A DNA stretch of 27,972 nucleotides from an archaeon (GCA_043797265.1 JAZDPV010000005.1:1-27972); one strand, 5' to 3'. Numbered from the stretch's first letter, positions 9,608 through 17,605 are shown. Notes: generated from the sequence alone by a model not told the origin. Program-made: numbers and translations.

Positions 9608-9952
9608 ATGAGAAAGAGTTGGTGGCTGGTGGTTGTCTTGGCTGTGTGTCTTGCTTTGCTTGTGGGCGTTCTTTTTTTTGAGGAGAGCGGGAAAGATGAG
9701 GTCCAGCAGGGAGAATCTAATTTGGAAGTGAGGGACGGCGGTTTTGGGGTGAATCCCGACGATGTTGGTGGTGGCTCTGGTTCTGGCGGTGGTTCGTCGT
9801 CGGGTGAGGGGGTTAGCGGAGAGGATTTTATTCCCGATATTGATGCGGTTGAGTGTGGTTTTTATTTCAAAGAGTATGGGGTTTGCGCCGGGACTTGTCC
9901 CGACGGGGAATGTGTTTCTGAGGGGCGAAGTTGTTATTGTAAGAACACTTAG
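9608..9952 (+). CDS. Small membrane-anchored protein with Gly/Ser linker and Cys-rich C-terminal domain
   Basis: N-terminal TM, GGGSGSGGGSSSG linker, six Cys in the last 30 aa; TTTATA box upstream. Confidence 0.75.
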   Translation: MRKSWWLVVVLAVCLALLVGVLFFEESGKDEVQQGESNLEVRDGGFGVNPDDVGGGSGSGGGSSSGEGVSGEDFIPDIDAVECGFYFKEYGVCAGTCPDGECVSEGRSCYCKNT

Positions 9953-10000
9953 TTTTCTTACCAACTTTCTTATATTGGCGGACTTCGTTCGCGATTTGAT

Positions 10001-10073
10001 GCAAATTAATTTTTTTTGCCGCGTCCGTCCATTGCTTTGCAACGGACAACCTGTCGCTAAAAAATTAATTTGC
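10001..10073. repeat. Long palindromic hairpin element
   Basis: 15-bp perfect arms GCAAATTAATTTTTT (10001-10015) and AAAAAATTAATTTGC (10059-10073), enclosing GTCCG..TTGC-TTT-GCAA..CGGAC. Confidence 0.75.
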
Positions 10074-10089
10074 GGGGTAGGGGAATTTG

Positions 10090-10243
10090 GAGAGCTTCGC
10101 TCTCATATCTTTGGCGGCTTCGCCGCCCCGCGCGGTGCGCGTGGTTTGTTTTGGTTGGGAGATGAGGAGGAGGGGAAGGGGAAAATTAGAGAACTTTCGG
10201 TTCTCATATCTTTGGCGGCTTCGCCGCCTCGCGCGGCGCGAGG
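10090..10243 (+). repeat. Dispersed three-hairpin repeat, copies A (10090-10141) and B (10172-10243)
   Basis: GAGA..TTC..TCTC ATATCTTT GGCGGCTTCGCCGCC (C/T)CGCGCGG.. repeated in tandem; the same unit recurs at 12128 and 21638. Confidence 0.9.
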
Positions 10244-10296
10244 TTGGTTTTGGTTGGGATGAATAAATTTATAATATTGGTTTTGTTTTCCGTGGG

Positions 10297-10632
10297 ATGA
10301 AGGATTGTGTGTTTTGCAAGATTGTCGCGGGGGAAATTCCGTGTCATAAGGTTTGGGAAAGTGAGGAGTTTATTGTGATTGAGGACGCGAATCCGAAAGT
10401 TGATGGGCATTTGTTGGTGATTTCGAAAAGGCATTTTGATAATTTTTTAGATTTGCCGTCGGAGTTGTATGAGAAATTTTTGATTTCGGCGAAGGAGATT
10501 ATTAAGAAATTGGGGTTAAAGGATTTTAATTTGGTTTTGAATAATGGAAAGTTGGCGGGGCAGGTTGTTCCTCATTTTCATTTGCATATTTTGCCTCGAC
10601 GGGTTGGAGATGGATTTGAGTTTGGAGTTTGA
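10297..10632 (+). CDS. hit: HIT family nucleotide hydrolase
   Basis: DCVFCKIVAGEIP N-terminus and histidine triad GQVVPHFHLHILPR. Confidence 0.95.
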   Translation: MKDCVFCKIVAGEIPCHKVWESEEFIVIEDANPKVDGHLLVISKRHFDNFLDLPSELYEKFLISAKEIIKKLGLKDFNLVLNNGKLAGQVVPHFHLHILPRRVGDGFEFGV

Positions 10633-12015
10633 TTATTTTTTCTTTTTAGGCAAATCTAATTTTATGTGGATGTCTTTGAGTTGCTTGTCTGATAATTTTG
10701 ATGGGGTGTCGAGCATGAGGTCGCGGGCTTCTTTGTTTTTTGGGAAGGCGATTGTTTCACGGATTGATTCTGCGCCGAGAATTATTTGGACTAATCGGTC
10801 AAGTCCCCATGCGATTCCGCCGTGAGGTGGTGCTCCGAATTTTAGGGCGTCGAGGAGAAAACCGAATTTTTCTTCTTGTTCTGTTTTATTTATTCCGAGA
10901 ATTTCGAAAACTTTTGACTGGATTTCTTGTTCGTGGATTCTGATTGAGCCGCCGCCGATTTCGGTTCCATTGAGGACGACGTCGTATGCGATTGATTTTG
11001 CCGTCGCTGGATTTTTATTGAATGACTGCATTTCTGGGTGAGTGAACGGGTGATGGGTTGCGATTAGTTTTCCTTTTTCTTCCGATTTGTCGAAGGCGGG
11101 GAAGTCGGTTACCCAGCAGAATGCGAATTCTTTTGGATTGTTTTTATTTTCTCTCAAGTCGGGACGGTCGATGTTATATTTTTTCATTGATTCGTCGTAG
11201 GTTAATCTTTGGAATGGGATTTTGACGTTGATGTTTAGGATTTCTTTCCAGATTTTTTGGAGAAGTTTTTCTGTTAGGTTGATTATGTCTTCTTGGGTTA
11301 TGAATGACATTTCGATATCGAGCTGAGTGAATTCTGGTTGGCGGTCGCTTCGCAGGTCTTCGTCGCGCATGCATTTTGCGATTTGGAAATATTTTTCGAA
11401 GCCGGCGACCATTAGGAGTTGCTTGAAAAGTTGCGGGGATTGCGGGAGTGCGAAGAATTTGCCGGGCTGAGTTCTCGACGGGACAACGTAGTCGCGTGCG
11501 CCTTCGGGTGTTGACTTTGCGAGGATTGGAGTTTCGAATTCTGAGAAACCTTTTTCGTGAAGGAAGTCGCGGATGATTTTTATTATTTTGCTTCGGAGGA
11601 TTAGATTTTTTTGCATCTCGGGTCGGCGTAAATCCAGGTATCTGTATTTTAGTCGGATGTCTTCGTTGGTGTCTTTATTGTCGAGGTCGAATGGGAGCGT
11701 CGGGCATTTGTTGTAGATTTCGAGTTCTTCGATTTTGATTTCGACTGTTCCGGCTGGTGAGTTTTTGTTTTCGGTTCCTACTGGTCTTTTGTTTACTTTG
11801 CCTTTAATTCGGACGCAGGATTCTTTTGTCAGGGATTTTGCCGTCGTGAAATTTGTTTCGTCTTTTGCCGTCGTGATTGTCTGGACGGTTCCGGTGATGT
11901 CGCGGATTTCGAGGAAGATTAGTTTGCCGTGTTCGCGGATGGTGTCGACCCAACCCTTGATTTCTACTTGGGAATTTTCTTTTGATGGGAGGTCTTTGAT
12001 TGTTGTTCTTTCCAT
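10633..12015 (-). CDS. aspS: Aspartyl-tRNA synthetase, bacterial-type, lacking the GAD insertion domain; probably non-discriminating
   Basis: OB-fold N-terminus, RLKYRYLDLRR, STPEGARDYVVPSR, ALPQSPQLFKQLLM, motif 2 RDEDLRSDRQPEFTQLDIEMSF, motif 3 GAPPHGGIAWGLDR; only 460 aa. Confidence 0.95.
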   Translation of the reverse strand: MERTTIKDLPSKENSQVEIKGWVDTIREHGKLIFLEIRDITGTVQTITTAKDETNFTTAKSLTKESCVRIKGKVNKRPVGTENKNSPAGTVEIKIEELEIYNKCPTLPFDLDNKDTNEDIRLKYRYLDLRRPEMQKNLILRSKIIKIIRDFLHEKGFSEFETPILAKSTPEGARDYVVPSRTQPGKFFALPQSPQLFKQLLMVAGFEKYFQIAKCMRDEDLRSDRQPEFTQLDIEMSFITQEDIINLTEKLLQKIWKEILNINVKIPFQRLTYDESMKKYNIDRPDLRENKNNPKEFAFCWVTDFPAFDKSEEKGKLIATHHPFTHPEMQSFNKNPATAKSIAYDVVLNGTEIGGGSIRIHEQEIQSKVFEILGINKTEQEEKFGFLLDALKFGAPPHGGIAWGLDRLVQIILGAESIRETIAFPKNKEARDLMLDTPSKLSDKQLKDIHIKLDLPKKKK

Positions 12016-12127
12016 AAGGAGTTATGTTAAGTGGGGTTTTTAAGAATTTGGTTGAATAGGGAATTGAGAGGGCGCTTCGCAAGGATGAGGAGACGCTTCG
12101 CGAGGGTGGGGGAGGATTGGTGGAGGA

Positions 12128-12203
12128 GGGGAAGGGGAAAATTAGAGAACCTTCGGTTCTCATATCTTTGGCGGCTTCGCCGCCCCGCGCGGTGCGCGCG
12201 CGG
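12128..12203 (+). repeat. Dispersed three-hairpin repeat, copy C
   Basis: GGGGAAGGGGAAAATTAGAGAACCTTCGGTTCTCATATCTTTGGCGGCTTCGCCGCCCCGCGCGG; preceded by two CGCTTCGC(A/G)AGG units within 12071-12106. Confidence 0.9.
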
Positions 12204-12236
12204 AAGGTTTTTATAGTTTGAAATTTTTTGTTTGCA

Positions 12237-12392
12237 ATGAAGAGAAAAGAGTTTTGGCTTGGTGCGATTTCGGGGGCGGTTGGTGCTGGGTTTGGTTCGG
12301 CGTCGGGTTCGAATAATTTGTTAATTGTCGTCGCTGTTGGGGTTGTAATTTCTTTGTTGGTTGCGTGGGGGATTAGTGGGGTTTTGAAGTAG
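12237..12392 (+). CDS. Small hydrophobic 51-aa membrane protein (not in the ORF track)
   Basis: MKRKEFWLGAISGAVGAGFGSASGSNNLLIVVAVGVVISLLVAWGISGVLK; TTTTTATA box about 25 nt upstream. Confidence 0.65.
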   Translation: MKRKEFWLGAISGAVGAGFGSASGSNNLLIVVAVGVVISLLVAWGISGVLK

Positions 12393-12429
12393 GTGGTTGA
12401 TATTGAGATTTACATCGCGATTTAAAGAA

Positions 12430-13080
12430 GTTGATTTTTCAGAGATGAAACAAGCCCTCGATTTTCTCCCTGAGCGAATGAAATAAGCGATTGGCTGAGA
12501 AAATCAGAGCTGGCGAAGTTTCCTCGAAAAATCAATTTGGGCTGAGAGGGTGCAACCCTCGAACCTGTTAATGCCTGTTCAACGACCTGAGGGCATCAGC
12601 CCGAAAATGCAATGTGGCAAGCGAGATTAATTTTAGCAAATTTTAAGGGTGGGGAAGGTGTGCCGATAGTTTTAAATAGTCATTTTATAGTAGTATAAGT
12701 ATGGTAGAAACAAGAAATTATGAAGTTGAAATGAGTTATAATCCTCAAAGAGTTGTGGCTCTATTCATAAGAGATTTATATCAAAGATATGATTTGGAAA
12801 GTCCAAGAGTTGTAAACTTAGAAAGAATTGAAGCAAAAAGAAAGGGAGTTGCTAAAACAAAATTTAGACCTTTATCAAAAAAATCTGCATTAGAATTGAC
12901 TAGCAATATTCTAGACTTTCCAAATACTAGCATAAGAATAACGGCAATATAAGACTTCTATAGGCACACCTTCGGTGGGGGTTGGAATAACTAAAATTAA
13001 TCTCGCGCAGAGTTTTTTCCCGCAGGAAAAAATTTCGTTGAACACGCTGGAAGTATGAATAAATTTGGGTTTGTATACTT
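12430..13080 (+). other. Large structured non-coding element (ncRNA or ssDNA mobile element) enclosing a small gene
   Basis: Nested stems 12430-12535 and 12539-12602; arms 12621-12636/12991-13006 (16/16) and 12654-12669/12958-12973 (15/16); long-range 9-bp pair 12576-12584/13036-13044. Confidence 0.6.
12701..12952 (+). CDS. Hypothetical 83-aa basic protein inside inverted arms
   Basis: ATG start, TTTTAAATA box at 12670-12678; A-rich codon usage unlike flanking + strand genes. Confidence 0.65.
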   Translation: MVETRNYEVEMSYNPQRVVALFIRDLYQRYDLESPRVVNLERIEAKRKGVAKTKFRPLSKKSALELTSNILDFPNTSIRITAI

Positions 13081-13102
13081 TTTTGGTATGGAAGCATAAA
13101 TT

Positions 13103-14485
13103 TTATGATAATTTTTTTAAAATTTCTGCAACTTCTTTGCCAGAGATTTGTCCTTTGAATTTGTTCATGAGGAGTCCCATATAGGCGCTTTGGGATAGTC
13201 CGGGTTTTTGTTTGATTAATTTTTTGATTTCTTGTTTGAGGTTGATATTTGATTTTTCTATTGCTTCTTTTAGGGATTTGCCGTCGGAGATTTTTTGCAT
13301 TATTATTTTTATTTCGTTCTCGGATATTTTTTCGTTTTTTAGATTTTCGAGAATTTCTTCGAGCTTGTCGGTTTCTATTTTTTGTTTGGGCTGAAATAGT
13401 GTCAGCATTTTGGCGATGAGGTTTGGGTTGTTGTGTTCTTGGATTAGGAGCTTGAAATCTTCGACTTTGTTTTGCTTGAGAATTAGTTTTATTAGTTCGG
13501 GGTTGAGGCCGAATTCGTCGAGATAGGATTTGTGTTCGGAGATTAATTTTGGAAGATTTTTTTTCGCGTCGTCGATAAGTTGTTTTGAGATTTTCAGGAG
13601 TGGGACGTCGGTTTCGGGATACATTCGCGCGGCGCCGGGCATTGGTCTCAGGAATTTTGATGAGCCGTCGGGGAGAGCGCCTCGGACTTCGTTTTCGCAG
13701 GATTTATTTTTGACGCATTCGAGTTGTCTTTCGATTTCTTTGTTGATTGTTATTATCATCATTTTTGGGTCTTGGAAACCTTTGATTTCGACGCGCTTGC
13801 TTCCGGCGATTGAGATGTTGAGGTCTTGGCGGATTGTGCCGATTCCGCGTTTTACTTTGCAGGCCCTTAATATTTCTCCGATTTTCAGGGCGGTTTCTTT
13901 TATTTCTTCGGGGGTGTGCATGTGCGGGCCGGTTGCGATTTCGACGAGAGGAATTCCGAGTCGGTCGAGCTTGTAGGTTTTTGAATTTTCATCTTCGGAT
14001 ATTGGTCTTGCTGCGTCTTCTTCGAGCATGATTGCGTCGATTGGGATTTCTCCTGATGAGATTTTTACGTAGCCGTCGTGGGCGATTAGCGCTGTTCGTT
14101 GGAAGCCGGATGTGTTTGAGCCGTCGATGACTGTTTTTCGCATGACTTGAGTGATTGGGAAAATTTTGCAGTTTAATAAGTGAGAAATTTGGAGCGCGAT
14201 TTTCAGGGCTTCTTGGTTGATTGCGTGCGGCGGTTCTTCGTCGAGTTCGACGAGGCAATTTGTGTCGTAGACTTGGTAAGTGAATTTTTTGTTTTTTGTT
14301 TTTTCGTGGGCGACAGCGACGTCGATTTCGCCGGTTTCGCCGATGACGGGATTTAGGGTTCTTTCGATTTCGTATTGTGGTTCGTCGTTTCGGAGGAGGG
14401 ATGGGCAGTCGCAGAAAAGTTTGTGAGTGTCGAGCTGCTGGTGGATTTCCAAACCAGATTTTAGTTTTAACTTTTCGTAGTCCAT
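13103..14485 (-). CDS. gatE: Glu-tRNA(Gln) amidotransferase subunit E, short form
   Basis: LKSGLEIHQQLDTHKLFCDCP, CLVELDEEPPH, MRKTVIDGSNTSGFQRTA, RGIGTIRQDLNISI, RPMPGAARMYPETD. Confidence 0.95.
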   Translation of the reverse strand: MDYEKLKLKSGLEIHQQLDTHKLFCDCPSLLRNDEPQYEIERTLNPVIGETGEIDVAVAHEKTKNKKFTYQVYDTNCLVELDEEPPHAINQEALKIALQISHLLNCKIFPITQVMRKTVIDGSNTSGFQRTALIAHDGYVKISSGEIPIDAIMLEEDAARPISEDENSKTYKLDRLGIPLVEIATGPHMHTPEEIKETALKIGEILRACKVKRGIGTIRQDLNISIAGSKRVEIKGFQDPKMMIITINKEIERQLECVKNKSCENEVRGALPDGSSKFLRPMPGAARMYPETDVPLLKISKQLIDDAKKNLPKLISEHKSYLDEFGLNPELIKLILKQNKVEDFKLLIQEHNNPNLIAKMLTLFQPKQKIETDKLEEILENLKNEKISENEIKIIMQKISDGKSLKEAIEKSNINLKQEIKKLIKQKPGLSQSAYMGLLMNKFKGQISGKEVAEILKKLS

Positions 14486-14545
14486 GTTGGTGAGAATATG
14501 TGAAGGTTTAAATAAGTTGTTTTCTTGGTTTGCGTGGAGGTGAAA

Positions 14546-14806
14546 ATGAAATTAACGAAGATTAGGTATGGGTCTGCTGTGTTTTTTGGGGCGTTTACTT
14601 TAGTGATGTATTTGCTTTTGGGTGCGCTTCAATGGACTTTGCGTGATGTTTTATTGGCAAGTGGGATTCAGCTTACCGCGCTTCAGACATTTGTTTATGC
14701 TCCGATTATCGGTGGTATTGTGGGGTATATTCTTGCTCTGATAATGATTGCGATATATAATGCTGTGGCGACGAGGTATCCTATTGCCTGGGAAGTGAAG
14801 AAGTAA
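14546..14806 (+). CDS. Small 2-TM membrane protein
   Basis: ATG 14546 preceded by the SD GGAGGTGA; two hydrophobic helices. Confidence 0.7.
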   Translation: MKLTKIRYGSAVFFGAFTLVMYLLLGALQWTLRDVLLASGIQLTALQTFVYAPIIGGIVGYILALIMIAIYNAVATRYPIAWEVKK

Positions 14807-14813
14807 TTTTTGT

Positions 14814-16085
14814 TTATCTATTTATTTTGTTAGATATATTTTCTAACATTTTTTGTTTGGGGTCCCACGTCTTGTGGCCGAGGACCCAACCGAGTTTTGT
14901 GAATGCGGTTTCGGGGAGCATGTCGTCGAGGAAAATGATTCCGGTTTTTTGGAGGTCGCGTCCGGCGGAATAGATGTTCGGGTTGAGGCGTCCGTAAATT
15001 GTTTGTGGGGCTGCGCAAATTGTGATGCCTTTATCTATTGTTTTTTTAATTTTTGGGAGCCAGTTGAATTTTGCGTTTTGCGACGGGACTTGTCCGATGC
15101 CGGTGACTTCGAGGATGATTCCTTTGTATCCTTGCTGTTCGTAGAATTCGAGGATTGCGGGGTCTTGTCCGGGGTAGATTTGGATGAGTGCGATTTTGTC
15201 GTTGAATTTTGTGTCGAGTTTTGGTTTTCGGGTTTTGTCTTTTGCGTTGAATGTTTTTAGGATTTTGATTTCGTTGGGTGTGATTTCGGCGATGGGGGTG
15301 TCGTTGATTATTTTAAAGGCGTCTCTTTTTGATGTGTGCATTTTTCGGACGTTTTGCGCGGGCATTGCGAGGCAGATGTTGTCGCTTGTGTTTTTGTGAC
15401 CGATGAGCGCGATTTCGGCGATGTCGGATGTTGCGTATTTTGCGGCGCAGATTAGGTTGAGCGCGGCGTCGGTTGAGGCGCGGTCGATGCTTCTTTGCGA
15501 GTAGGTTAGGGCGATTGGTTTGTTTAGGTCTTTGATGAAGAATGATAATGCCGACGCTGTGTAATGGAGGAAGTCGGTGCCGTGAGTTATGATTATGCCG
15601 TCGATGGTTTCGTCGTTGAGGTAGGGTTCGCAGGTTTCGGCGATTTTTTTCCAGTCGGAGAAGGACATGTTTTCCGAGAATTTCATAAAAGGGCTTACTA
15701 AAATTGGGTTGCAGATTTCTTTGATTTGCGGGGCGATGTTGAGGATTGTTTCTTTGTCGGTCGGGATTACGCCGCCGGTTTTTGGGTCTAACCTCGCGGA
15801 TATGGTTCCTCCTGTGATTATGATTGCAACGTGAGGAAGTCCGCTTCGCTGGAAGTCCGCTTCGCTGGAAGTCCGCTTCGCTGGAAGTCCGCTTCGCTGG
15901 AAGTCCGTTGTTTTAATTATTTTGGCGTCGATGATTTCGTTTTCGCGAATGCCGATATTGTAGCCGGAGTTTAGTTTTAATAGGATTATTTCTGGGTCGT
16001 GGGATTCGAGCGCGATGCCTTCCCAAGTTTTTGTTCTTGTTATGAGTTGGATTTTGTCGCCTACGTTGAATGTTTTTATTTTCAT
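14814..16085 (-). CDS. gatD: Glu-tRNA(Gln) amidotransferase subunit D
   Basis: N-terminal KLNSGYNIGI domain; asparaginase motifs TGGTI, HGTD, QRSIDR, RKMHTS, DMLPETAFTKL. Confidence 0.95.
   Translation of the reverse strand: MKIKTFNVGDKIQLITRTKTWEGIALESHDPEIILLKLNSGYNIGIRENEIIDAKIIKTTDFQRSGLPAKRTSSEADFQRSGLPHVAIIITGGTISARLDPKTGGVIPTDKETILNIAPQIKEICNPILVSPFMKFSENMSFSDWKKIAETCEPYLNDETIDGIIITHGTDFLHYTASALSFFIKDLNKPIALTYSQRSIDRASTDAALNLICAAKYATSDIAEIALIGHKNTSDNICLAMPAQNVRKMHTSKRDAFKIINDTPIAEITPNEIKILKTFNAKDKTRKPKLDTKFNDKIALIQIYPGQDPAILEFYEQQGYKGIILEVTGIGQVPSQNAKFNWLPKIKKTIDKGITICAAPQTIYGRLNPNIYSAGRDLQKTGIIFLDDMLPETAFTKLGWVLGHKTWDPKQKMLENISNKINR
15835..15907 (+). repeat. Perfect 16-nt tandem repeat GGAAGTCCGCTTCGCT x4.5 inside gatD
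   Basis: Units at 15835, 15851, 15867, 15883 and a partial unit at 15899; translated as TDFQRSGLPAKRTSSEADFQRSGLP. Confidence 0.95.
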
Positions 16086-16135
16086 AGTTGTTTAAGTTTG
16101 AGAAGATATAAAAAGGTTTGGTGGTTTTGGTTTTT

Positions 16136-17536
16136 ATGAAGGCGTTTCCGGTGAAGATTGGGTTGGAGGTGCATGGGTATTTGAATAGTCGGGAGAAATT
16201 GTTTTGCATGTGCTCGACGCGAAGCGTCGAGGAGTCAGAAGTCAGAAGTCAGAAGTCAGGAGTTAATGATAGGATTTGTCCAATTTGCACGGGGACGCCG
16301 GGGTCGAAGCCGATGGGAGTTAATGGCGAGGCGGTTCGGAAAATGGTTGAGGTTGCGTTGGTTTTGGGCTCGAGGATTTCTGAGAAAGATTTGGTTTGGC
16401 AGAGGAAACATTATTCGTGGGCGGATTTGCCGAAGGGTTATCAGAATACAATTTCGGGGCCGCATTCGACACCGTGCGCGGTTGGGGGGAAGTTTAGTGG
16501 GATTAATATTATTGAGGCGCATTTAGAGGAAGACCCGGCGCAGTGGAACCCGGATAGCGGGAAGATAAATTATAATCGGAGCGGGTTGCCGTTGGTCGAG
16601 ATTGTGACGGAGCCGGAGTTTTCCGACGCTGAACAAGTTGTTGAGTGGTTGAAGAATTTGGTTTTGTCGCTTAGTTATATTAAGGCGGTGCGGAAGAATG
16701 CGGGGATTAAGGTTGATGTTAATGTTTCGACTTATGGTGAGCGGGTTGAGATGAAGAATTTGAATTCGTTGGAGAAGATTCGGAAGGCGATTGAGTATGA
16801 GGTTGCGAGGCAGATTGAGAATCACGAGAAAGGAATTGAGCAAAATAGGGAGACGCTGGCGTTTGATGAGAAGTTGGGAAAGACGGTTAAGATGAGGAGT
16901 AAAGAAGGTGCTGCTGATTATCGTTTTATTCCGGAGCCGGATTTACCGTCGTTGAAATTTGAGAAGAAGTTGGTTGATGAGGTTAGGAAGAGTTTGCCGG
17001 AGATGCCGGAGGTGAAGTTGAATAGGTTGTTGAAGAAATTTAAAGTTAGCGAGAGCGATGCGCGGATATTGACGAGGAATTTGGAGCTGGTGGAATTTTT
17101 CGAGAAATTGGCGGAGAAAAAAATTGATGTTGTGAAGAATATTTCGTGGGTGACTGTTGAGTTGCTTCGTGTGCTTAATTATAATAAGAAGACGCTTGAG
17201 GATGAGGATGTTGAGATTTTGCCGGAGCATTTGGCTGAGTTGATTGGGGCGGTGTCGTCGGGGAAGATTACGGTTTTGAAGGCGAAGCAGATTATGAATG
17301 ATTTTGTGCCGAGGTCGTTTTCGATTTTTGGGGGGAAGGATATTGGGAAGATTGGTGATGAAGCGATTGAGAATTTGTGCCGGCAGGTTGTCGACGAGAA
17401 TGCGCATGTTGTTGATGAGTTTCGAAATGGGAAGACAGCGTCGCTTAATTATTTGATTGGGCAGGTGATGAGGTTGAGCGAGAGGCGGGCGGGGCCGGAC
17501 GAGGTTAGGGAGATTTTGAAGAAGATGATTGGGTAG
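16136..17536 (+). CDS. gatB: Asp/Glu-tRNA amidotransferase subunit B
   Basis: KIGLEVH, RKHYSWADLPKGYQ, HLEED, NYNRSGLPLVEIVTEP, MRSKEGAADYRFIPEPDLP, Yqey-like tail NYLIGQVMR; likely start ATG 16136. Confidence 0.95.
   Translation: MKAFPVKIGLEVHGYLNSREKLFCMCSTRSVEESEVRSQKSGVNDRICPICTGTPGSKPMGVNGEAVRKMVEVALVLGSRISEKDLVWQRKHYSWADLPKGYQNTISGPHSTPCAVGGKFSGINIIEAHLEEDPAQWNPDSGKINYNRSGLPLVEIVTEPEFSDAEQVVEWLKNLVLSLSYIKAVRKNAGIKVDVNVSTYGERVEMKNLNSLEKIRKAIEYEVARQIENHEKGIEQNRETLAFDEKLGKTVKMRSKEGAADYRFIPEPDLPSLKFEKKLVDEVRKSLPEMPEVKLNRLLKKFKVSESDARILTRNLELVEFFEKLAEKKIDVVKNISWVTVELLRVLNYNKKTLEDEDVEILPEHLAELIGAVSSGKITVLKAKQIMNDFVPRSFSIFGGKDIGKIGDEAIENLCRQVVDENAHVVDEFRNGKTASLNYLIGQVMRLSERRAGPDEVREILKKMIG
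16213..16267 (+). repeat. Palindrome plus heptamer repeat inside gatB
   Basis: CTCGACGC-GAA-GCGTCGAG (16213-16231), then AGTCAGA x3, AGTCAGG and AGTTAAT. Confidence 0.85.
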
Positions 17537-17605
17537 ATTATTTAAAACCAAAAGGTTTATATTTGGTCGATGTTCAAGTTGATATCTAAAATTGGAGGGC
17601 AAAAA

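Noticed and set aside
4868-10042. Long antisense ORFs (4868-6277, 7049-8083, 8693-10042; also 16943-17602)
   Set aside because: Shadows of well-supported genes; the T-poor minus strand has few stop codons and the translations have no recognisable motifs.
9762-12216. ORFs 9762-10262 and 12031-12216
   Set aside because: They read through the dispersed hairpin repeats or overlap better genes.
12542-12595. Hammerhead core (CTGAGA..CGAA) or group I R-like segment (GTTCAACGAC)
   Set aside because: It does not fit CUGANGA/GAAA spacing; no P7 partner (S element) and no interrupted host gene were found.
12539-12600. TPP riboswitch resemblance (CTGAGA..ACCC..GAACCTG..TAATGCC..AGGG)
   Set aside because: No upstream P2/P3 5' strand, the 5' side of P5 is missing, a better alternative fold exists, and there is no thiamine gene downstream. 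An Rfam scan should still confirm.
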